Source: Macrostomum lignano
Taxonomy: Eukaryota
Reading direction: 5' to 3'
NCBI GenBank assembly: GCA_002269645.1
Contig: NIVC01000176.1
Span: 186,001-250,000, forward strand
Length of the DNA: 64,000 nucleotides
The notes below the pieces were generated by a model. It was not told the DNA's origin and ran no database searches. It saw nothing but the letters and a program-made list of their open reading frames with translations. This document shows, piece after piece, positions 55,490 to 64,000 of the stretch. Both the position numbers and the translations under genes were made by a program. The first letter of the stretch is position 1, and the number at the start of each line of letters is the position of its first letter.

Positions 55490-56232
55490 GCATTTTGCAG
55501 CCCATTTGGGCTTACGCGCATTTAATTTAATCCAAGATACGTTTGCCAATGTAACGGAGCTTTTGTCTATGGTAGCAAGGCTGGCGCAGCGGCATTTAAT
55601 TTGGTCCAAAAAGCATCCATTTGGTCCAAACACTCGTGAGCCATTGGACAAACTCTTGCCTTCTCTCAACCGTCTGCAGGTTTTTGCGCACCGCTGGAAT
55701 GTCAGCGTCTCTACCAAAAATTTTCAGTTGCTTTTCCAGAGCTCTGCTGATAGTCGAAATCTGATAACCAACTGGAGCTGTTCCCTCAACTTTCGCTGCA
55801 TTTTCTGCAACGTCAACAAAGGGTTCGTCTCCACTGCATCGAGTAGCAGTTGGACCTGAGGCTCTCGAGCAACTTTCCTTGGCGATTGCCACCCTTTCGC
55901 ACGCAATCTCTGCCGGCAGAGTTTCAACGCGCTGCTGGATGCTGTAAACCACCTTTTCTTTTACATTCAGCAACCTTGCAATGTCCTTTGGGTGTTCACC
56001 TCTGTCGAGTGCTTCGATCACAAGCCAATGACATTCGTTCAATAGCCTAGCATATGGTCCACAATTCTGGGACTGAGCTGCAAATGAACTAAATGGACCA
56101 AATTGATGCTTGTTGGACCAAATTAAATGCCGCTGTGCCAGCCTTGCTACCATAGGCAAAAGCTCCGTTACTTTGACAAACATATCTTGGATTAAATTCA
56201 ATGCGCGTAAGCCCAAATGGGCTGCAAAAATC
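55490..56232 (-). mobile_element. Internally deleted IS630/Tc1-mariner DNA transposon with ~139-bp TIRs and TA flanks
   Basis: 55490-55628 is an imperfect inverted repeat of 56094-56232, flanked by TA. Frameshifted minus-strand remnants (VIEALDRGEHPKDIARLLNVKEKVVYSI; QVQLLLDAVETNPLLTLQKMQRKL; ISTISRAL...RKNLQTVERRQEF) match ITm transposase HTH regions. The DDE domain is absent. Confidence 0.82.
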
Positions 56233-57104
56233 TATATTTGGCTAAAGTAATTTGGTTTAACAAAACTAGGAACGTAGTGCAGCGTAGATAACTTATGTTT
56301 TTTGCAGACATTATCTACCGTATACTTTATTAGCAAGCAAAACAAAATCATAAAAACTATACAGGTCTTTTTTCGGGCTAGTTAGCTGATCGCACAGAAT
56401 TCTTGAATTAACGCAAAGATCGAGCAACTGATAGAAGCTATTTATTAGTAGCTGCAATGCAGGTAAGACCCCGCCGCCACCCTACCTTCGGGGTCTTAAA
56501 TTAGGTATACAGAAACAGTGTCTGGCGGTCTGCTTCTGGCCTGCAGCGCAGGGGCCGCAGCTATTTTTGCTTATATCAATATATTCGTGCCCCAGTAGCC
56601 GTGGAGTACTGAAATCTAGAATTCCGGATAGAAGTTTTTTATCCTCACCACACGTAGATGCGATTTTATCAATTTCTCCGTTTCAGGCTCCATCTTTGAA
56701 GAACTCCATGTCAGTTCCGCCTCTGGCGAATGGAGAGGGGTAAAATACGCAGAAGAAGAAAAACTAGCAATTAAGACAACCTGACATTTTATCTCTATTT
56801 CTTTCAGCTACATGTAGAGAGTATTATTAATTATTAAAAAATTAGTCGTTGTGTTTCACGAAAGTAAATTGGTTTCAAATAACGATTTATTTGTTTTGTA
56901 CCAGAAAAAAACAGAAATTAACAATTAAAGGAACAATATTAATAAATATTCAGTTTTACAGAAACTTACGTCATGAATTCTTTTCTGACACGCGCTCCAA
57001 CATGGAATATTTAAGTGGCACTTGGTGCCAAGAATTAATCTCATTGTCAGTTGACTGGCAAATATTTTACAGACGTTATCTAACATACACTCATTTTGAT
57101 GACA

Positions 57105-57375
57105 CTCTGACAGACACTTCCTGACAGATACTTCCTGACAGACACTTCCTGATGGACACTTCCTGACAAATGCTTCCTGAAAGACACTTCCTGACAGATA
57201 CTTCCTGATAGACACTTTCTGACGGACAATCCCTGACAGACACTCCCTGACAGACACTCTCCGGCAGTCTGTCTTTGGCAGAAATTTTTGACAGGAACTC
57301 CATGACAGAAAATCTCTGGTAGACACTCTGATAGACAACCCACCCCCTGACAGACCCTATTTGACAGACAATTCC
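57105..57375. repeat. 14-bp minisatellite (ctgacagacacttc)
   Basis: Direct tandem periodicity. Confidence 0.85.
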
Positions 57376-57430
57376 CACCACACTATACATTAAATGTACG
57401 CGCATCCTCGAAAGAGTAAACGCACCCAGC

Positions 57431-58213
57431 TCACAACCCGCTTTCGCACTCCAGCCGCCGTCGCTCCCCGATCTTCTCAGCATCCACCAGCTCGTCCAAC
57501 TCGGAGTTGCCCAGAGCGACAGCCGAACGCCGGCAGACCAGGTGGCAAACATTGACGCACAGTAGGGAAATAATTAGCGCCACCAGAACCGAGCTCACTA
57601 CTGATAGTAGGCAGATCAGTATATAGACAGTCCTGCCAACGTCTAGGCTGCCATCGACAGTTGCTGGTGTTGAATCGCAGCCCCCATCGCTGCCGTCGCT
57701 GTCAACATCGCGCAGGCAGATGACGCAGTTGACGCCAACGCGAGCGAGAGCGCCATCGCTCAGCGGACTGAGCTGGATGAGGCGAAATCGCTGAGCAGCC
57801 GTGGCCAAGGCGTACCCGGTCAGGTCGGTCGCTACAAACTGCAGCATCGTGTCGTTCGCTCGGAACAAATCGTCCAGACTGTCAGCCGACACGGCCGCTC
57901 GCATTGCGTACACCTCTCGATAAGTCGGCAGCCGGGCCTCGTGAAGTTGACATCGACTGGCAGCTTTTCCGGCCGCAATGATTCGCTCGGCGTTGCTAGG
58001 CAACAACAGCTGGAAGAGGACGCCGGATTGGGGTGAAGATTTGCAATTATTGTTGTTGTTTTTGCTGCTGCTGGTTTCCCGCTGCAGACTGAACAGATGC
58101 GGCCGCCAAGCGGTCTCGAACAGGTTTTTCTGCTCAGTGTGGTCGTCAGCAGAAGTCGAAGGACTCACTGCAAGTGCAGTGAGGAGCAACAGCAACAGTA
58201 GCAGCCTTGGCAT
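57431..58213 (-). CDS. Type I single-pass membrane protein (signal peptide, ~170-aa ectodomain, TM, short tail), 260 aa; family unknown
   Basis: ATG-initiated GC-rich ORF. Signal peptide MPRLLLLLLLLTALAVSPSTSA; TM VYILICLLSVVSSVLVALIISLLCV. AASRCQLHEARLPTYREV and VNCVIC weakly recall a CTLD/Link-type fold. Confidence 0.75.
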   Translation of the reverse strand: MPRLLLLLLLLTALAVSPSTSADDHTEQKNLFETAWRPHLFSLQRETSSSKNNNNNCKSSPQSGVLFQLLLPSNAERIIAAGKAASRCQLHEARLPTYREVYAMRAAVSADSLDDLFRANDTMLQFVATDLTGYALATAAQRFRLIQLSPLSDGALARVGVNCVICLRDVDSDGSDGGCDSTPATVDGSLDVGRTVYILICLLSVVSSVLVALIISLLCVNVCHLVCRRSAVALGNSELDELVDAEKIGERRRLECESGL

Positions 58214-58599
58214 TGTGTCAATTGGCTAGCTATGATTGTGCTGACCGTCTGATGCTATCAAATTCTTGCTCACTTTCAATGGAGACGTCTTATATTCTCT
58301 GGCTGAGGTTGGCTGACTAATTGATTGACTTTTTGCTAAGTCACGTGACTGATTCGATCTGTACAATTGATGTACGTGCATAGTTTTGTTTAATAAATAT
58401 GGAAGTACAGAGTTTAGTCTACGACTCTGTCCTACACATGCATATTAATTGCTCCAATTAGTTTAAGCCATGCTTATAGATGTTCATTTTCTAGAAATTA
58501 GGTCGCTGTTTTCACTATTGTTGAGATTTAACGAGTATATTGTGGCTGTTGCTGTTGGGGATGGTAATGTGCGGTTGTTGAGTTGTTTTGGGGCTGTTG

Positions 58600-59065
58600 A
58601 GACGATGTGGGGTTTTTGAGAACGGTGTGGGTTGTTGGGATTGAGATTGTTGAGATGGTGTGGGGTTGTTGTGATGGTGTGGGGTTGTTTAAAACTGTGT
58701 GGGATGTTGAGATGGTTTGGGATTGTTGAGATGGTGTGGGGTTGTTGAGATGGTGTGGGGTTGTTGAGATAGTGTGGGGTTGTTGAGATGGTGTGGGGTT
58801 GTTGAGATGGTGTGGGGTTGTTGAGATGGTGTGGGGTTGTTGAGATAGTGTGGGGTTGTTGAGATGGTGTGGGGTTGTTGAGATGGTGTGGGGTTGTTGT
58901 GATGGTGTGGGGTTGTTGAGATGGTGTGGGTGTGTTGTGATGGTGTGGGGTTGTTGAGATGGTGTGGGTGTGTTGTGATGGTGTGGGGTTGTTGCGATGG
59001 TGTGGGGTTGTTGAGATGGTGTGGGGTTGTTGAGATAATGTGGGGTTGTTGAGATGGTGTGATGT
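58600..59065. repeat. 19-bp GT-rich minisatellite (gttgttgagatggtgtggg)
   Basis: Direct tandem periodicity. Confidence 0.9.
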
Positions 59066-59491
59066 TATGAGTGCATGGTTTTTGAGCTGTTGTTGCAATA
59101 ACAGCGTGTCAGTAAAGCACAGAAAATCCAATTTTTCAGTATCATTCGCTTGTGCATTATTAATAAAGTACACTCTCAGCTGTACTTTTCCGACCTAGTT
59201 ATTTATATTAAAAATTATCCAATATATTTGTAACACAGAGAAATCATAAAATTATTTCTAAAGCGACATGAGCAAAACTTCGCACATTGCAGGCTAAAAA
59301 AGTTTCACAAAAAAACCGATAAATCAAAATTTGAATACGTTAAAGATATAAATTATTAAGGACAATCATATAAATCACTTTTGTACGACTTGAAACTTTG
59401 CTTGAGCTTATGGGAATTGAAAAGATAAAAAAGACGGGGTTTTAATACAAGCGATAATCTTGCACAACTTTTGCTTCCATTCCGACCCCGG

Positions 59492-59750
59492 GTGTTGAAT
59501 TGTTGGGGTTGTTGAATTGTTGGGGTTGTTGAATTGTTGGGGTTGTTGAATTGTTGGGGTTGTTGAATTGTTGGGGTATTTTTGAATTGTTGGGGTTGTT
59601 GAATTGTTGGGGTTGTTGAATTGCTGGAGTTGTTGAATTGTTGGGTTTGTTGAATTGCTGGGGTTGTTGAATTGCTGGAGTTGTTGAATTGCTGGAGTTG
59701 TTGAATTCTTGGGGTTGTTGAGCTGTTGGGGTTGTTAAGTTGTTGGTGTT
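59492..59750. repeat. 17-bp minisatellite (tggggttgttgaattgt) in the 3' region of the GT31 gene
   Basis: Direct tandem periodicity. Confidence 0.88.
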
Positions 59751-59810
59751 GCTGAGCTGCCGCTGTTGTTGTGTTGTTGGATTGGGAAAAGCAAGGCAGC
59801 CTCGCAACCG

Positions 59811-62800
59811 TTACCCCCCGGGTGCACCGGCTGTCCGGACTGCTGCCGCGGTGCACAGCCCTGCCAGATGCAGCCGCTGCCACATTTTGTCCAATTCTGA
59901 TGGCGCCTTGTAGCCGTGAGAGGCCGCCAGTCTCAGCAAGGCCTGTGTGTCCGTGCAGTTGGACCACACGGGCTCGTAGGCCCGGACGGACTCCATGTGC
60001 AGCGGCGACAGCAGCAGCTTGTGCGCCACCAGGCCGATGAAGATGTCATCGAAGCGAAGGTATCGGGTGTACAGCATGGCAACGGCGATGTCTTCCAGCA
60101 CCTGCGGCCGGGGTTGAGCCAGTTATGTCACCCGTGTTTGAATCCCCGCTCCCACCCGTGTTTGAATCTCCGCTCCCACCTGTGTTTGAATCTCCGCTCC
60201 CACCTGTGTTTGAATCCGCGCTCCCACCTGTGTTTGAATCCCCGCTCCCACCTGTGTTTGAATCCCCGGTCCCACCTGAGTTTGAATCCCCGCTCCCACC
60301 TGTGTTTGAATCCCCGGTCCCACCTGAGTTTGAATCCCCGCTCCCACCTGAGTTTGAATCTCCGGTCCCTACATGTAATCTCCGCTCCCACCTGTGTTCT
60401 ACATGTAATCTCCGCTCCCACCTGTGTTCTACATGTAATCTCCGCTCCCACCTGTGTTCTACATGTAATCTCCGCTCCCACCTGTGTTTGAATCCCCGGT
60501 CCCACCTGTGTTTGAATCCCCGCTCCCACCTGTGTTTGAATCCGCGCTCCCACCTGTGTTTGAATCCCCGGTCCCACCTGTGTTTGAATCCCCGGTCCCA
60601 CCTGAGTTTGAATCCCCGCTCCCACCTGTGTTTGAATCCCCGGTCCCACCTGAGTTTGAATCCCCGCTCCCACCTGTGTTTGAATCCCCGCTCCCACCTG
60701 TGTTTGAATCCCCGGTCCCACCTGAGTTTGAATCCCCGCTCCCACCTGTGTTTGAATCCCCGGTCCCACCTGAGTTTGAATCCCCGCTCCCACCTGAGTT
60801 TGAATCTCCGGTCCCTACATGTAATCTCCGCTCCCACCTGTGTTCTACATGTAATCTCCGCTCCCACCTGTGTTCTACATGTAATCTCCGCTCCCACCTG
60901 TGTTCTACATGTAATCTCCGCTCCCACCTGTGTTCTACATGTAATCTCCGCTCCCACCAGTGTTCTACATGTAATCTCCGCTCCCACCTGTGTTCTACAT
61001 GTAATCTCCGCTCCCACCAGTGTTCTACATGTAATCTCCGCTCCCATATTCGCTCCCGTTCCCACCTGCTTGTAATGTCGTCGCTCTCAACTTCCATATT
61101 TTATAATCAGCTTGTCCGCTCCCATAGTTTTCCTATTCCTCTATTTTATTGACCAAATCCTGCATCACCGCTCCCACTGCCCAAGACGCACCGGTCTGGA
61201 CATGAACAGAGCTCCGGCAGCTACATAGGGCGGGTAGGATGACCATGGATACTCGGACACGGAGATGTCCCACTTGCTGCGATGCTTCCGACTTCGCCTT
61301 CTGGGCAGAGAGGTGCGCCAGACATAGCCGCCTAGGAATCTGCCATAGACTGCGGCGCTGACAGAATTTAACTGACGCTCCACCTGCAGATTGTGTTGAC
61401 TGATTCTTGTCACAAAGCGACTTTGGTTGTCAGGGGAAGCCACTTTTCGTGTCAGGGGAAGCCACCTTCAGTGTCAGGAGAATACACTTTGAGTGTCAGG
61501 AGAGGCCACTTTGAGTGTCAGGAGAAGCCACTTTTAGTGTCAGGGGAAGCCACTTTTAGTGTCAGGGGAAGCCACTTTCGGTGTCAGGGGAAGCCCCTTT
61601 CAGTGTCAGAAGAAGCCCCTTTCAGTGTCAGGAGAGGCCACTGAGAGGCCACTGAGAGGCCACTTTGAGTGTCAGGAGAAGCAACTTTGAGTGTCAGGAG
61701 AAGCCACTTTGAGTGTCAGGAGAAGCCACTTTGAGTGTCAGGAGAAGCCACTTTGAGTGTCAGGAGAAGCCACTTGGAGTGTCAGGAGAAGCCACTTTGA
61801 GTGTCAGGAGAAGCCACTTTGAGTGTCAGGAGAAGCCACTTTGAGTGTCAGGAGAAGCCCCTTTGAGTGTCAGGAGAAGCCACTTTCAGGGGAAATCAAT
61901 CATTTCAGGTGTTAGCCGTCACATGTCCCATCACCTATTGAGGCTCCACCTGTGTGATTTCAAACTTCAATAGTCAATGCAGCTGCAGACCCGCATCTCT
62001 CACCTGATACGGATTAACAAAGAAGTCGTCGTCGACAAACGCCGTGAATCGAGCTCCGGGACACTCGGAGTCGGACCACTGGATGCCCGACATCAGCTTG
62101 AGCGTGTTATTGAAGTAGTGATCAACGAACTCGCGCACCAGCAGGTCGCCATGGCGCGAGTCCTCGTCCAGCAGCGATTGGCGCCAGTCGCGCACCCGGC
62201 GGAGGATCCGGCGCCTCCGCTTGACGCCGTAGGCAGCCTCGGCGCCAAGCAAAAAGTAGACTCGAACCCGCTGGCGCCAGCAGTCGGGCCGGGCCCAGGT
62301 GCGCCGAATGGCCTCGCGGTTGGCCAGATTGGCCGGGTGAGACTTCACCAGCACCAGCAGCTCAGTCGGTTGGCCGCCTGCGGTTCTGTTGCACTCGCCG
62401 GAGTGTTGAACCAGCCAGGGCGAACTAAACTGGTTGATGGGGCTAACGGAGACTGGCAGGTCAGAGCGCAGTCTGGCCAGCAGTTCCGGCATGTCGACGC
62501 TGAGCGGATAGCGGAAGTCCTGGCTGCCGTAGCCGGCAAATGACCCGGTCTCCGTGAGCACCTCCGGGTCCAGCTGATGCTCCGAGCGCTGACCGTCGCT
62601 GCCAGCGTCGCCACCAGGCGATTCGTTAAAGACGTTCTCCTCGACGAACACGTCGTCGACGGATTTCCGTTCGTAGAGCACTTCGCCGTTGCCGCTGCCG
62701 CCTCCGATGCTGCTGCCAGCAGCAGCGCCTGCGCCAGCGCCGCCGCCGGTGGCATCATCAGAATCTGCCAGCCCGGCAGATTCAACAGCCGCGTTGGCGG

Positions 62801-63050
62801 CCTCAGCTGACGCGTCCTTCATGCGAAAGAGCATCGAGTGCTTGTTGGAGCCGCTGCCGTAGCCGCCGCTGCGGACGACAATCGCCAGGATGAATATGAA
62901 GCAGAGCACGTACACGAAGGTACAGGTGAAGATGCACAGCAGGCAGTCGGGACTCTTCAATCGGTTGGAGGCTCGATGACAGATGGCCGAGCAGATCCGG
63001 CCGGCCCTTCGAAGGCGCCACATGAGGCCTGGCAATGCTGCCGCATGCAA
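59811..63050 (-). CDS. GT31 family beta-1,3-glycosyltransferase (B3GALT/Brainiac-like), 3 exons (63050-62004, 61383-61192, 60101-59811)
   Basis: Type II anchor CLLCIFTCTFVYVLCFIFILAIV. Motifs LLVLVKS...REAIRRTW, VYFLLG, DLLVREFVDHYFNNTLK, FVDDDFFVN, YPPYVAAG.LFMS and RFDDIFIG. Both introns are GT-AG and phase 0. The start could be 63050 or the next ATG (MWRLRR). Confidence 0.92.
60131..61046. repeat. Composite 24-bp/30-bp minisatellite in GT31 intron 2
   Basis: Type A cccgctcccacctgtgtttgaatc (24 bp) and type B acatgtaatctccgctcccacctgtgttct (30 bp), arranged A-B-A-B. Confidence 0.93.
61428..61890. repeat. 22-bp minisatellite in GT31 intron 1
   Basis: ggagaagccactttgagtgtca, ~20 copies. Confidence 0.92.
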
Positions 63051-63586
63051 TGCAAAGGCGGTCGTGGTGGTGACTTAAGAATTATAGCCAGCTAATATTC
63101 GATTTCGGCTGCTCTCTTCGCGCTCAAGCAGAGAAACGGCCTCTTTCCCCCCTTTTTCAAAGCTAGCTGATAAGAACGCCTCGACTCAAAACTGCCCACT
63201 GAGAGTAAAGAGAGGCACGACGGGGGAGGGAGGTCAGAGGGCGGCCCTGCAGTCTGTGCCAGAGTACTTATATAATATAACACACCAGCTCTCTCAGGGA
63301 ATGTGAGCATGATCGATGAAAATAATAGTTTTTGGTGCGCGCAAATTTTCTTATCTATATGATCGAATTGAACTGCAGGGTTTGGTGGTTGACACCCCCC
63401 CCCTTCAGCCTACAGGCGCGCCCGACCGATCCTAAAGTGTCTTTCCGCGTGCACCATCTGTGCCAGTGTGTGTTAATAATAACAATATTAACTGCAGAGC
63501 AAGATATAGGAGTATGGAACTTCCTATATTGTTATCAATATTAATATTATCACTGTATACTTTTACTATTGGTAATGGTAGATGAA

Positions 63587-64000
63587 GAGAGGGGGAGATG
63601 GTGGAGAGAGGGGAGAGGGGGAGATGGTGGAGAGAGGGGAGAGGGGGAGATGGTGGAGAGAGGGGAGAGGGGGAGATGGTGGAGAGAGGGGAGAGGGGAG
63701 ATGGAGATAGAGAGAGGGGAGATGGAGAGATGGGAGAGGAGATAGAGAGAGGGGAGATGGAGAGAGGGGAGATGGAGAGAGGGGAGATGGAGAGAGGGGA
63801 GATGGAGATAGAGAGAGGGGAGATGGAGAGAGGGGAGAGGAGATAGAGAGAGGGGAGATGGAGAGAGGGGAGAGGAGATAGAGAGAGGGGAGATGGAGAG
63901 AGGGGAGAGGAGATAGAGAGAGGGGAGATGGAGAGAGGGGAGAGGAGATAGAGAGAGGGGAGATGGAGAGAGGGGAGAGGAGATAGAGAGAGGGGAGATA
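63587..64000. repeat. Purine-rich (GGA/GAGA) low-complexity tandem repeat running off the window end
   Basis: gagagggggagatgga / gagagggggagaggagata units. Confidence 0.9.

Noticed and set aside
56464-56498. 10-bp-stem hairpin (taagaccccg...cggggtctta) as a Helitron end or terminator
   Set aside because: An isolated short hairpin with no CTRR terminus or other element hallmarks identified.
60046-61152. Multiple 200-340-aa repeat ORFs on both strands
   Set aside because: Entirely within GT31 intron 2 minisatellites.

Overview
Eukaryotic, metazoan invertebrate genomic DNA: GT-AG introns, GC-rich exons, and roughly one third tandem repeats by my estimate. The style resembles repeat-rich spiralian genomes such as the flatworm Macrostomum, but the taxon cannot be proven from sequence alone. 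The main find is that three separate ORF-track entries (1163-6163, 7282-7650, 9511-10791) splice in frame into one ~2264-aa gene. It has 47 near-identical 99-bp ankyrin repeats fused to a Mab-21/cGAS-like nucleotidyltransferase (cGLR) with apparently intact catalytic motifs. The repeats vary only as a few discrete non-synonymous cassettes at the ankyrin ligand-binding positions, like a natural DARPin library on an innate-immune signalling enzyme. Other genes: a 7-exon PFKFB, a secreted PAN/apple + C-type lectin, a 2-exon RASSF7-10-like RA-domain gene, an intronless DEG/ENaC subunit with altered HG and GxS motifs, a type I membrane protein and a 3-exon GT31 beta-1,3-glycosyltransferase. Mobile elements: an internally deleted LINE inside a minisatellite, a P/hAT-like foldback MITE, a tRNA-derived CORE-like SINE and a deleted IS630/Tc1-mariner element. 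Most other long ORFs in the track are minisatellite artefacts. All exon structures, counts and alignments were done by eye.
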